NCBI RefSeq assembly: GCF_018350175.1
Contig: NC_058368.1
Span: 209,066,001-209,130,000 of the forward strand
Direction of reading: 5' to 3'
DNA length: 64,000 nt
From: Felis catus
Lineage: Eukaryota
Shown here in pieces: positions 1-12,859 of the stretch (its first letter is position 1; each line of letters begins with the position of its first letter). The notes under the pieces were generated by a model that saw only the letters and a list, made by a program, of their open reading frames with translations, searched no databases and was not told the origin of the DNA. Made by a program: the position numbers and the translations under genes.

Positions 1-846
1 ATGACAGCTAACGAACTGATCAAAAATGATTTAAACAATATAACAGAAAGTGAATTTAGAATAATAGTCATAAAATTAATCGCTGGGCTTGAAAACAGTA
101 TAAAGGACAGCAGAGAATCTCTTGCTACAGAGATCAAGGGACTAAGGAACAGCCAGGAGGAGCTAAAAAATGCTATCAATGAACTGCAAAATAAAATGGA
201 GACAACTACAGCTCGGATTGAAGAGGCAGAGGAGAGAATAGGTGAACTAGAAGATAAAGTTATGGAAAAAGAAGAAGCTGAGAAAAAGAGAGATAAAAAT
301 ATCCAGGAATATGAGGGGAAAATTAGAGAACTAAGTGATGCACTAAAGAGAAATAATCTACGCATACTTGGTATTCCAGAGGAGGAAGAGAGAGGGAAAG
401 GTGCTGAAGGTGTACTTGAAATAACAGCTGAGAACTTCCCGGATCTGGGGAAGGAAAAAGGCATTGAAATCCAAGAGGCACAGAGAACTCCCTTCAGACG
501 TAACTTGAATCGATCTTCTGCACGACGTATCATAGTGAAACTGGCAAAATACAAGGATAAAGAGAAAATTCTGAAAGGAGCTAGAGATAAACGTGCTCTA
601 ACATATAAAGGGAGACCTATAAGACTTGTGACCGATCTCTCTACTGAAACTTGGCAGGCCAGAAAGGGATGGCAGGAGATCTTCAATGTGATGAACAGAA
701 AAAATATGCAGCCGAGAGTCTTTTATCCAGCAAGTCTGTCATTTAGAATAGAAGGAGAGATAAAGGTCTTCCCAAACAAACAAAAACTGAAGGAATTCAT
801 CACCACTAAACGAGCCTTACAAGAGATCCTAAGGGGGATTCTGTGA
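1..846 (+). CDS. L1 ORF1p (coiled coil, RRM, CTD); true start probably just upstream of the window
   Basis: 281 open codons with ORF1 motifs RNNLRILGIPE, ENFP, ARRIIVK, YKGRPIRL.DLS and YPASLSF. Confidence 0.9.
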   Translation: MTANELIKNDLNNITESEFRIIVIKLIAGLENSIKDSRESLATEIKGLRNSQEELKNAINELQNKMETTTARIEEAEERIGELEDKVMEKEEAEKKRDKNIQEYEGKIRELSDALKRNNLRILGIPEEEERGKGAEGVLEITAENFPDLGKEKGIEIQEAQRTPFRRNLNRSSARRIIVKLAKYKDKEKILKGARDKRALTYKGRPIRLVTDLSTETWQARKGWQEIFNVMNRKNMQPRVFYPASLSFRIEGEIKVFPNKQKLKEFITTKRALQEILRGIL

Positions 847-895
847 GACAAAGTACAGAGACATCACTACAAGCATGAAACCTACAGACATTACA

Positions 896-3800
896 ATGAC
901 TCTAAACCCATATCTTCCTATAATAACACTGAATGTAAATGGACTAAATGCGCCAACCAAAAGACATAGGGTATCTAGGGTATCAGAATGGATTAAAAAA
1001 ACAAGACCCATCTATTTGCTGTCTACAGGAGACTCATTTTAGACCTGAGGACACCTTCAGATTGAGAGTGAGGGGATGGAGAACTATTTATCATGCCACT
1101 GGAAGTCTAAAGAAACCTGGAGTAGCCATACATGTATCAGACAAACTAGACTTTAAATTAAAGGCTGTAACAAGAGATGAAGAAGGACATTATATAATAG
1201 TTACAGGGTCTATCCATCAGGAAGAGCTAACAATTATAAATGTCTATGCGCCAAATATGGGAGCCCCCAAATATATAAAACAATTACTCACAAACATAAG
1301 CAACCTTATTGATAAGAATGTGGTAATTGCAGGGGACTTTAACACCCCACTTACAGAAATGGATAGATCATCTAGACACACGGTCAATAAAGAAACAAGG
1401 GCCCTGTATGATACATTGGATCAGATGGACTTGACAGATATATTTAGAACTCTGCATCCCAAAGCAACAGAATATACTTTCTTCTCGAGTGCACATGGAA
1501 CATTCTCCAAGATAGATCACATACTGGGTCACAAAACAGCCCTTCATAAGTATACAAGAATTGAAATCATACCATGCATACTTTCAGACCACAATGCTAT
1601 GAAGCTTGAAATCAACCACAGGAAAAAGTCTGGAAAACCTCCCAAAGCATAGAGGTTAAAGAACACCCTACTAAAGAATGAATGGGTCAACCAGGCGATT
1701 AGAGAAGAAATTAAAAAATATATGGAAACAAACGAAAATGAAAATACAACAATTCAAACGCTTTGGGATGCAGCGAAGGCAGTCCTGAGAGGAAAATACA
1801 TTGCAATCCAGGCCTATCTCAAGAAACAAGAAAAATCCCAAATACAAAATCTAACAGCACACCTAAAGGAAATAGAAGCAGAACAGCAAAGGAAGCCTAA
1901 ACCCAGCAGAAGAAGAGAAATAATAAAGATCAGAGCAGAAATAAACAATATAGAATCTAAAAAAACTGCAGAGCAGATCAACGAAACCAAGAGTTGGTTT
2001 TTTGAAAAAATAAACAAAATTGACAAACCTCTAGCCAGGCTTCTCAAAAAGAAAAGGGAGATGACCCAAATAGATAAAATCATGAATGAAAATGGAATTA
2101 CTACAACCAATCCCTCAGAGATACAAGCAATTATCAGGGAATACTATGAAAAATTATATGCCAACAAACTGGACAACCTGGAAGAAATGGACAAATTCCT
2201 AAACACCCACACGCTTCCAAAACTCAATCAGGAGGAAATAGAAAGCTTGAACAGACCCATAACCAGCGAAGAAATTGAATCAGTCATCAAAAATCTCCCA
2301 ACAAATAAGAGTCCAGGACCAGATGGCTTCCCAGGGGAGTTCTACCAGACGTTTAAAGCAGAGATAATACCTATCCTTCTCAAGCTGTTCCAAAAAACAG
2401 AAAGGGAAGGAAAACTTCCAGACTCATTCTATGAAGCCAGTATTACTTTGATTCCTAAACCAGACAGAGACCCAGTAAAAAAAGAGAACTACAGGCCAAT
2501 ATCCCTGATGAATATGGATGCAAAAATTCTCAATAAGATACTAGCAAATCGAATTCAACAGCATATAAAAAGAATTATTCACCATGATCAAGTGGGATTC
2601 ATTCCTGGGATGCAGGGCTGGTTCAACATTCGCAAATCAATCAACGTGATACATCACATTAATAAAAGAAAAGATAAGAACCATATGATCCTGTCAATCG
2701 ATGCAGAAAAGGCCTTTGACAAAATTCAGCACCCTTTCTTAATAAAAACCCTCGAGGAAGTTGGGATAGAAGCAACATACTTAAAGATCATAAAAGCCAT
2801 TTATGAAAAGCCCACAGCTAACATCATCCTCAATGGGGAAAAACTGAGAGCTTTTTCCCTGAGATCAGGAACACGACAGGGATGCCCACTCTCACCGCTG
2901 TTGTTTAACATAGTGTTGGAAGTTCTAGCATCAGCAATCAGACAACAAAAGGAAATCAAAGGCATCAAAATTGGCAAAGATGAAGTTAAGCTTTCACTTT
3001 TTACAGATGACATGATATTATACATGGAAAATCCGATAGACTCCACCAGAAGTCTGCTAGAACTGATACATGAATTTAGCAAAGTTGCAGGATACAAAAT
3101 CAATGTACAGAAATCAGTTGCATTCTTATACACTAATAATGAAGCAACAGAAAGATAAATAAAGAAACTGATCCCATTCACAATTGCACCAAGAAGCATA
3201 AAATACCTAGGAATAAATCTAACCAAAGATGTAAAAGATCTGTATGCTGAAAACTATAGAAAGCTTATGAAGGAAATTGAAGATATAAAGAAATGGAAAA
3301 ATATTCCGTGCTCATGGATTGGAAGAATAAATACTGTCAAAATGTCAATACTACCCAAAGCTATCTACACATTCAATGCAATCCCAATCAAAATTGCACC
3401 AGCATTCTTCTCGAAACTAGAACAAGCAATCTTAAAATTCATATGGAACCACAAAAGGCCCCGAATAGCCAAAGTAATTTTGAAGAAGAAGACCAAAGCA
3501 GGAGGCATCACAATCCCAGACTTTAGCCTCTACTACAAAGCTGTCATCATCAAGACAGCATGGTATTGGCACAAAAACAGACACATAGACCAATGGAATA
3601 GAATAGAAACCCCAGAACTAGACCCACAAACGTATGGCCAACTAATCTTTGACAAAGCAGGAAAGAATGTCCAATGGAAAAAAGACAGTCTCTTTAACAA
3701 ATGGTGCTGGGAGAACTGGACAGCAACATGCAGAAGATTGAAACTAGACCACTTTCTCACACCATTCACAAAAATAAACTCAAAATGGATAAAGGACCTG

Positions 3801-4722
3801 AATGTGAGACAGGAAACCATCAAAACCCTAGAGGAGAAAGCAGGAAAAGACCTCTCTGACCTCAGCCGTAGCAATTTCTTACTTAACACATCCCCAAAGG
3901 CAAGGGAATTAAAAGCAAAAATGAACTACTGGGACCTTACGAAGATAAAAAGCTTCTGCACAGCAAAGGAAACAACCTACAAAACTAAAAGACAACCAAC
4001 GGAATGGGAAAAGGTATAAACGACATATCAGACAAAGGAATAGTATCCAAATCTATAAAGAGCTCACCAAACTCCACGCCCAAAAAACAAATAATCCAGT
4101 GAAGAAATGGGCAGAAAACATCAATAGACACTTCTCTAAAGAAGACATCCAGATGGCCAACAGGCACATGAAAAGATGCTCAACGTCGCTCCTCATCAGG
4201 GAAATACAAATCAAAACCACACTCAGATATCACCTCACGCCAGTCAGAGTAGCCAAAATGAACAAATCAGGAGACTATAGATGCTGGAGAGGATGTGGAG
4301 AAACGGGAACCCTCTTGCACTGTTGGTGGGAATGCAAATTGGTGCAGCCACTCTGGAAAACAGTGTGGAGGTTCCTCAGAAAATTAAAAATAGACCTACC
4401 CTATGACCCAGCAGTAGCACTGCTAGGAATTTACCCAAGGGATACAAGAGTACTGATGCATAGGGGCACTTGTACCCCAATGTTTATAGCAGCACTCTCA
4501 ACAATAGCCAAATTATGGAAAGAGCCTAAACGTCCATCAACTGATGAATGGATAAAGAAATTGTGGTTTATATACACAAGGGAGTACTACGTGGCAATGA
4601 GAAAGAATGAAATATGGCCCTTTGTAGCAACATGGATGGAACTGGAGAGTGTGATGCTAAGTGAAATAAGCCATACAGAGAAAGACAGATACCATATGGT
4701 TTCACTCTTATGTGGATCCTGA
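896..4722 (+). pseudogene. Disabled L1 ORF2 (endonuclease / reverse transcriptase)
   Basis: ATG at 896 (MTLNPYLPIITLNVNGLNAP). Lesions are a 9-nt duplication tagggtatc x2, a +1 frameshift in the A-run at ~995-1001, TAG at 1650, TAA at 3156 and a frameshift at ~4017. The RT motif reads FTDD (3000-3011) instead of FADD. The C-terminal CWRGC...HCWWEC is present. Confidence 0.93.
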
Positions 4723-5099
4723 GAAACTTAACAGAAACCCATGGGGGAGGGGAAAAAAAAAAAATAAGAGGTTAGAGTGGGAGAGAGCCAAAGCATAAGA
4801 GACTCTTAAAAACTGAGAACAAACTGAGGGTTGATGGGGGATGGGAGGGAGGGGAGTGTGGGTGATGAGTATTGAGGAGGGCACCTTTTGGGATGAGCAC
4901 TGGGTGTTGTATGGAAACCAATTTGACAATAAACTTCATATATTGGAAAAAAACAAAAACAAAAACAAAGAATAAAAGGATCAAGAAATCTGAAAAAAAA
5001 AAGAAAAACTAAAGACTGAAAATCATACAATCTTCAATCCAATTCAAATGATTCCAAGGCTAGTCCTACACATGAGCACCAACTATACACAAGGATTTA

Positions 5100-5260
5100 C
5101 ACATTATATCCAGATCATAATCTTGTGAATCAATTATGACCCCATTTTATAGGAATCTGAGATTCAATGGTGAATTACCAACCCAAGGTCATGACAAAGG
5201 GTAGAGTACCCAAGTGCTCTGGGTCTGGAAATTGCATGCTCTTTCTATTATGCCATCCCA
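5100..5260 (-). mobile_element. MIR-like ancient SINE relic
   Basis: Degenerate MIR core (ccccattttataggaatctgagattc...cccaaggtca). Confidence 0.5.
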
Positions 5261-5830
5261 AAATCTGCCAAAAGTTTTAATTGATATAATTCATCTTTAT
5301 AAACTGTCACCAAAAAAAAAATGTTTATAATGTACTGAATTCCACCATGAAAAGCATTAACTAGGGGCAATCTTCATTTCCCAAAGTATACTCCTGGGAA
5401 TGCCAAACTCCCGAGTGTAACAGTGCTGTTGGCAGACGGAGAAAAATGGAGTTGTTTCAGTATGTCTACAAAATGATAGCTCTTTTTTTTAATATAGTTC
5501 TCAGGATCTTTAACATACTTATTATAGTTGTAGGCACTGTAATTCTCCAAGGGTTCCTTAAACCCTTTCTCCATGGACACCTTACAGGTAGTAGCATTCC
5601 CAGGAACACATTTAGGAAATCCTGCTACCTATAATCCAATGCAGACAATCCCTGAATACTAGGTTCTCACAATCTAAGTCAGCACTGACATGTAGAAACT
5701 TAAGATACACTGAAAAACTATCCAAGAAAAAACTGGATCAAAGTAGAATGCAACTCACTATAATCATGACCCTTTTTACTGTACCTCACATTCAACTTAT
5801 AGAGAAAAAAAGGTGGGAATGGAATGGATG

Positions 5831-6256
5831 TGTAGAAGTGCTGACAAATACTGACTCCATCTTTGGCCCTTTGTGTCCCAGGGTCCATGGAAGTTTAATG
5901 GGTACCCTGGCTGGAATTCAGGAAGGCTTGTTCTGATCTTCCCTAAAGTCATTTAGATAACTAGTAGAGATAACATAGTTTCTTCCCCTCCCTCCCCTCT
6001 AGCACACAAATGGTGCCACTTTAGATAACTACCCTTTGACCTCACCACAACACTATAAAATCTGTGGATTAAGGTCCAGACTTTGCAGAGAATAGCTGTG
6101 CAGCAACTGGATTGCTATCCACCTGATCCCCCGTCAGTAAGTTACCCTAAATAAATCTCCATGTAAACGATATGAAGTGACTTGCTTTGTTTTTCAGTCT
6201 CAAAGTGCTTTCTCAGTCTGGAGGACATTTTACTGTCCCTTCTCCACCTTCTAACA
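5831..6256 (+). mobile_element. Solo endogenous retroviral LTR (426 nt)
   Basis: TG...CA termini (tgtagaag / cttctaaca), exact 5-bp TSD GGATG (5826-5830, 6257-6261), TATAAAA at 6054-6060 and AATAAA at 6150-6155. Confidence 0.88.
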
Positions 6257-6294
6257 GGATGACATCCAAATAAGCCACTATTAAGAAGATCCTC

Positions 6295-6472
6295 CTAACT
6301 TTTATTTTGAAAAGCTTCAAAGCTGCAAACAAGTTAAAAGAGCAGTACAATAAACACCATATACCCTTTCCAATGGACACCATATACCATAACATTCTGT
6401 CACATCTGCATTCTTAATCTCTCACTTTCCAAAGATGTATACCCACACACACACTTTCCATAAATGTATACC

Positions 6473-6520
<48 letters not shown>

Positions 6521-6665
6521 ATGCACACTGACATACGTTATTTTTGTTATATCATTTTGAAGTAAGTCACATTATCACATATTTCACACCTAAATTCACC
6601 AGCTGGTGTCTTGTAAAAACAAAGACATTCTTCTGTATAACCATGATTCTACATAATTCAATAAT
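6295..6665 (-). mobile_element. Old L1M 3' UTR fragment containing (CA)n at ~6477-6519
   Basis: tttattttgaaaa...aagttaaaagagcagtacaataaacaccatataccc resembles an antisense L1MC/ME 3' end. Confidence 0.55.
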
Positions 6666-6668
6666 ATC

Positions 6669-7193
6669 TGTATCAGTAAACAGCTGATGCATAACAAAAC
6701 ATTTCCAAAATTTAATGGCTTAAAACAACAGACATACACTAATGCTTATGAGTCCAGTCAGGTGGGTGATTCTGTTCTAGCTGGGTGGCTCGGTCCTAGT
6801 TCAGTTAATTCATGTGTCTGTAGTCAGTTCTGCTGATCCACCTTTGAGTCTCTCACAAGTTTGGGAGTTGGCAGACTATAAGCTAGGATGGCCTCAACTG
6901 GGAAAACTGAACTCTCCTTCACCAGATCTTTCACCCTCCAGCAGGTTAGCCAGAGCTTGATCAGATGGCAATGCCATGGCTCCAAGAAAATGGAAGACAC
7001 AAGAACTCTTCAGAAGCCTATGCTCAGAAATGGCACACTATCATTTTTGTCACATTCTGTGAATCAGCCCATATTCACGAGGTGGGGAAATAGACTCCAT
7101 CTCTTAATGGGAGTACCTGCAAAGTCACATTGCAAAGAGCATGGGTACAAGGAAAGATGACAAATTGTGGCCATTTTTTTAATGTCATATCAC
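6669..7193 (-). mobile_element. MaLR MLT1-type LTR
   Basis: Starts tgtatcag...gcataacaaaac...aaaatttaatggcttaaaacaac and contains tagactccatctcttaatggga...aagtcacattgcaaag, typical of MLT1. Confidence 0.7.
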
Positions 7194-7691
7194 CTGATAG
7201 CCAAATTTCTCTAATTATCCCCCAAATTGTCTCTTTATTGCTTTTTTTTTTTTTTTTTTTTTTGGTTAGCCCTTCCTTTCCTCCTTCCCTTTCCTTTCCT
7301 CCTTAAGAAGAAATAAGAAGATCAAACCAAGGTTCGCAAATTAAATAGTTTCTATGCTTGCCATAAATCCTTTAATTTAGAGCATCCCCCTAACTTTATC
7401 GTTTCATGACATTCACATTTCATAATATTCAGTTGCTCAAAAGAAAACTAAATGGACTAGATTTTAAACTCTCTAAATACTCATTTCACAGTGTACAAAA
7501 TAAACCCTAATATGAGTTATGTCTTTTGTTTATAGACAAAATCACCTAACCATGGTTCACTACATATTTTGCATGATCTATATGCTAACATCCTTGAGGG
7601 CCCAAATTAAGATTTCCCTATATTCTTCTCTAAGTCCACCTCCTCCTCCTACCACTTCCCTACTTTTCCACAAAAGAAATGTATATCAATA

Positions 7692-7915
7692 CAGGAGTCC
7701 CCTCCTTATCTATGGTTTCACTTTCCATGGTTCAGTTACTCGTGATCAACCTGGTCCAAAAGAAAATGATCCTCCTTCTAACATATCAGAAGGTCAATAG
7801 CAGCCTAATGCACATAGCACAATGCCTATGTCAGAAACCTCATATCATCTTATCGTGTAGGCATTTTACCATCTTGCATCATCACAAGAAGGGTGAGTAC
7901 AGTACAGTAAGATAT

Positions 7916-7970
<55 letters not shown>

Positions 7971-8399
7971 ATTCACATAACTTTTTTAATGCATTTTTTA
8001 AAGTTTATTTATTTACTTTGAGGGAGGGAAGGGACATAGAGGGAGAAAGAGAGAATCCCAAGCAGCCTTTGCACGGTCAGTGGAGAGCCTGATGCAGGGC
8101 TCAAACTCATGAACCATGAGATCATGTGACCTGAGCTGAAATCAAGAGTCGGATGCTTAACCAACTGAGTCACCCAGGCACCCCTCACATAACTTTCATT
8201 ATAGTATATTGTAATTTTTCTATTTTATTATTCATTACTGTTGTTAATCTCTTACTGTGTCTTTTTTATAAATTAAACTTCATTATAGTTAATTATGTAC
8301 AGGAAAAACATAGTACATGAAGGACTTAGTAGCATCCATGGTTTCAGGCATCCACTGTGGGTCTTGGGATATATCCCCCTTGGATAAGGGAGACTACTG
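7692..8399. mobile_element. MER44-like (TcMar-Tigger) DNA transposon with an expanded (GA)n and a nested SINE
   Basis: Terminal inverted repeats caggagtcccctccttatc / gataaggggagactactg, TA at the left flank, MER44-like internal sequence, (GA)n at ~7919-7968. Confidence 0.8.
7985..8184 (-). mobile_element. SINEC (CAN-SINE) nested in MER44
   Basis: TSD tcacataacttt at 7973-7984 and 8185-8196; antisense tRNA-like head cacccaggcacccc. Confidence 0.9.
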
Positions 8400-10814
8400 T
8401 CCACATATTACAAATTCCAGTATAAAGCCTTCCCTGATTCTTATAAGCAAGTGGCATTAGCAACTCTTCTTCTATGCTCCCTGTACCCACCTGAGCCATT
8501 ACTAGTGGGCATATTTAATACTACATGAGCAGCCTGACTTTCCTCAGACCACTGCACTCTGGAGTAAATATTGGTCTTACTCTGCTTTTTTTTTTTTTTT
8601 TTTTCTTTTTGAAGTCTCTGGTTCTTAATTCTGCTAGCTATTGCAGAATTCTAGCCCTCAAAAATTCATTCAGTACTTGGGAGTCATTTTTCACAAGTGT
8701 TTACAAATGGATCTTGTGGCTATTTTGTGACATCCACCAGTTCCTCCTATTTAACTCCAGCCTAAACCCACTTTCTCTGTCCCCATCTTGTTTTGTTTTT
8801 TTAAATTAGCACGGTCCCTACCACTGCCTAACTATTCTTCCATATGTCCTCCCTCCCCTGACTTTAGAAGGAGATATTATGTTGTGAAGTTTTGTCACCT
8901 CCCCAGCTACTCTTGCCTAACGCTGTCTATTTTTCTGCAGCCACTCACTGTGAAATGTTTGTGCATTTCATTATTTTCCTGCTTTTTCCTCATTGTTAAC
9001 TGCATATAGAGGCAGGAGTAGTTATAATAGATATGAACAAATTCCTCTGAGATACAAATGCCTGAGTAAGCAATAGAAAACCCTCCAGGTATATAATGGA
9101 AGCAACTGATTCACTCAGCAGTGCCTATGGGCAGAGCCTGTGCTGAGCTGGACTCTGCTCTGTACAAATTCTACACCAAGGACTCAGATTACACTAGTGT
9201 AGTATCACTTGTACTCTCACTCTGTGCACTACAAATTATAAAGTGACTCCATATCAGATCATATAAATTCACAAGTAGAATTGACTTCCTCTGGATAAGT
9301 AAGCATTTTTATCTTCATACCATCTGGTTTTCATTAACATTTACTTCCAAGTGTAATGTAGTGAGCTCTGCCTTATTATCTATGCTTCATTCTGATAAAT
9401 TTGGGAAAACCTAAAAGATTTCCATATTATCCTCTTCCTCCTCATTTCACTCCTAAATTGGCCTTATCTCAGGTTTGTGTTTAATATTGAAATGCGTAAG
9501 ATCAAAAGTTTAAGGTACTAGCATCTCCAACTCATACTCAAAGTTAACATCATAATTTAACTGGGCATACAGGAGGCCAGAACAAAATAGTGAGCACCAC
9601 CTTCAAGGGAATAGTTTCCCACAAATGCTATCTGTGGGATAGCACTTCACTCCTAATGTATCTAAATTTATTCATAATATGTGTGGCTTACAAGAAAGGC
9701 TGGTTTTGATCTGGAAAGAATTCCCTCTCTACTCCTACAGTACTTGATAACAATAACCTGACAAACACGTGTTAATTAGTACTAAATACATAACACTATG
9801 ATAACAGAAGAAATGCTGAGATGAATAACTTTCATCCAGAAGCTATCTACACCATGGTCGTATTATCCAAAATACATTATTTTCCAGCTGCCCAAAATGA
9901 GGGTAAAGAGGGTGAGATAGAAGGAGACTAGGGAAGAAGAGAAAGACGAAGAGGATATTACTACAATGAGCTCGATGAAGTCTGATGAAATGATCCTACT
10001 TTAAATCCTAAATAACCCCTAATAAAGTCTCCAAGAAAATAGTTTATAGGATGTACAGTTGATGTTTGCCTCTCTGTCAACCCTCACCAACAAAGAAGAG
10101 AATGAGATAAAGCTATGAAAAGCAGAGTAGCATCTCTGAGCTATGAGACACACAAAAACTATAGTCAGATTTTGCCCAAAGGCCCTAACTGAACTAACTC
10201 CTGAACCACAGGAATATTTCTTAATCCAGGATGAACTTCATAGTATCAGACCTAAGAATTCGAATGATGCCTGATCAGATGTTAATTGTTCCTAATAATC
10301 TATGTATTTTTTCAGTGTGTTGGAAAGTAACGAATATATCATGGTTATTCTTTTTATTCCTAAAACCTATTTAGAATATCCTCTAGTGTTACAAGGTAAA
10401 ATACTGGTCTGACAATTACACTGAAGTATAATAATATTAGCACTTAATATACATCACAGATACTTTCCTGAAATTTTTTGATCAAAGCATTTTCTTCTAA
10501 ATTCCTCCTGCTTACTTCTAATATTTATTCTAAATTTATTAAATATATATTTTTTACAAAAAATATGAGAAACTGTAGTCAAAAATAAAATAAGTCTTCT
10601 AAAATACTTTCTATGTTAGAACTCTGGGTGTGGACTTTAATTCAACTTGTTGGATGACCTTGACAGTTCCATAAGGTTTTTGTTTACGGCCATATTTATG
10701 AATTTGGGCATAGATGCCAGGTAATAGAAAAAGAGGGAAAGCTGCCTTATTTAGGAGACCAGTGTAATCCTGGTTCCAATACCTAATAAAAAAGAAAACA
10801 AGGGAAAAGTCCAT

Positions 10815-12778
10815 TGATTTGTGTGTTTTGTTTTTTTTTTTGGCCTTTGGTCATTTTTTGTTTGTTTGTTTCTTAAATTCCACATATGAGTGAAATCATA
10901 TTGCATTTCTCTTTCTCTGACTGGCTTATTTTGCTTAGCAGTATAACGCTTTTGCTCCATCTACATCACTGCAAATGGCAAGACCGCATTCTTTTTTATG
11001 GCTCAATAATATTCTATTGTACACATTGTACATATATTCTATTGTACATATTCTTTATTCATCTATCAAGGGACACTTGGGCTGCTTCCATAATTTGGCT
11101 ATTATAAATAACAATGCTATAGAAATAGAAGTACACATACCCCTTTGAGTTAGTTTTTTGTATTTTGGGGATAAATACCCAGTAGTGCAATTACTGGACC
11201 ATAAAATAGTTGTATTTTTAACTTTCTGAGGAAAGTCTATACTGCTTTCCCAAGTGGCTGCACCAGTTTCCATTCCCACCAAGAGTGCAAAATGGTTCCT
11301 TTTTCTCCACATCCTGGCCTTGTTACTTCTTGTCTTTCTGATTCTAGTCATTCTGACAGATGTAAGCTGGTATTTCAGTGTGGCTTTGATTTGCATTTCC
11401 CTGATGATGAGTGATGTTGAACATCTTTTCATGTGCCCATTGGTCATTGGGATGTCTTCTTTGGAGAAATATCTGTTCATGTCTTCTATTTTTATTGGAT
11501 TATTCTTTTTTTAGGTGTTAAATTATATAAATTTTTTATATATTTTGGATAGTAACCCTTTACTGAATAAGTCATTTGCAAGTATCTTCTCCTATTCAAT
11601 AGGTTGTCTTTTAGTTTTGTTGATTGTTTCCTTCACTGTGCAGAAGTTTTATCCTGATGTAGTTTTCCTTGCCTCAGGAGACCTACCTAGAAAAACGTTG
11701 CTAGGGTTGATGTCAGAGACATTTCTGCCTGTGCTCTTCTAGGACTTTTATGGTTTTAGGTCTCACATTTAAGTCTTTAATCTGTTTTAAGTTTACTTTT
11801 GTGTATGGTGTAAGAAAGTGGCCCAGTTTCATTCTTTTGCATGTCGCTATCCAATTTTCCCAACACCATTTGTTGAAGCGACTTTTTCCCATTGCATATT
11901 CTTTCCTGCTTTGTCAAAGATTAATTGACCATATAATTGTGGGTTTATTCCTGAGTTTTCTATTCTGTTCCATTGATCTATATGTCTATTTTTGTGCTGA
12001 TAAACAGTTTTTGATGACTACAGCTTTGCAATCTAACTTGAAGTCTAGCATTGTGATGTCTCCAGCTTTGCTTTTCTTTTTCAAGACTGTTTTCACTCTT
12101 CAGGGTCTTTTGTGCTTCTATATAAATTTTAGGATTATTTGTTACAGTTCTGTGAAAACTGTTGTTGGTATTTTGACAGAGATTGCATTAAATGTGTAGA
12201 TTGCTTTGGGTGGACTCAACATTTTAACTATATATGTTTTTCCAATCCATGAGCGTGGAATGTCAGTTTCCATTTGTTTGTGTCATCTTTAATTTCTTTC
12301 AACAATGTTTTATAATTTTAAAGAATATAGGGCTTTCACCTCTTTGGTTAAGTGTATTCCTAGGTATTTTATTATTTTGGTATAATTGTAAATAGGATTA
12401 TTTTCTTAATTTCTCTTTCTGTTGCTTCATTATTACTATATAGAAATGCAACAGATTTCTCTACGCATTGATTTTATATCCTGTAACCTTAATGAATTAA
12501 TTTATCGGTTCTAGGAGTTTTTTGGGGAAGTCTTTAGGATTTTCTATATATAGTATCATGTCATCTGCAAAAATTGCAAGTTTTACTTCTTCATTTCCAA
12601 TTTGGATGTTCTCTGTTTGATTGCTGTGGCTAGGACTTTCAGTACTACGATGAATAAAAGTGGTGAAAGTAGACATCCTTGTCTTGTTCCTGACCTTACA
12701 GGGAAAGCTCTGTTTTTCCCTATTGAGTAGGATATTCACCGTGGGTTTTCCATTCATGGCCTTTATTATAGTTGAGAT
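10815..12778 (-). mobile_element. 5'-truncated carnivore L1 (ORF2 3' half plus part of 3' UTR), sense to WDR70
   Basis: Decayed ORF2 peptides [10 protein letters not shown]...[16 protein letters not shown] and [21 protein letters not shown]. Confidence 0.9.
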
Positions 12779-12859
12779 CACTGGAAAATTTTAACACCCT
12801 GTAAAGTGAATATTCCTATGAAAATATCACAGGACTCTTTATTGGCTGGTCTTATAATT

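Larger units (their letters stand above)
1..5002 (+). mobile_element. Near full-length young felid LINE-1; 5' UTR lies outside the window; antisense to WDR70
   Basis: ORF1, a short spacer, ORF2 with endonuclease, RT and CCHC domains, a G-rich 3' UTR, AATAAA at 4928-4933 and an A-rich tail. Confidence 0.97.

Noticed and set aside
829..4167. Minus-strand hydrophobic ORFs (829-1011, 1814-2110, 2801-3226, 3533-3889, 3985-4167)
   Set aside because: They are antisense shadows of A-rich L1 ORF2.
9617..9639. Small hairpin tcccacaaat-gct-atctgtggga
   Set aside because: A stem of about 10 bp with a mismatch is expected by chance in 64 kb.
10611..10814. Coding-looking peptide YAQIHKYGRKQKPYGTVKVIQQVELKST on the gene strand
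   Set aside because: I do not recognise it as WDR70 or any other family, and no convincing splice-site pair is evident.
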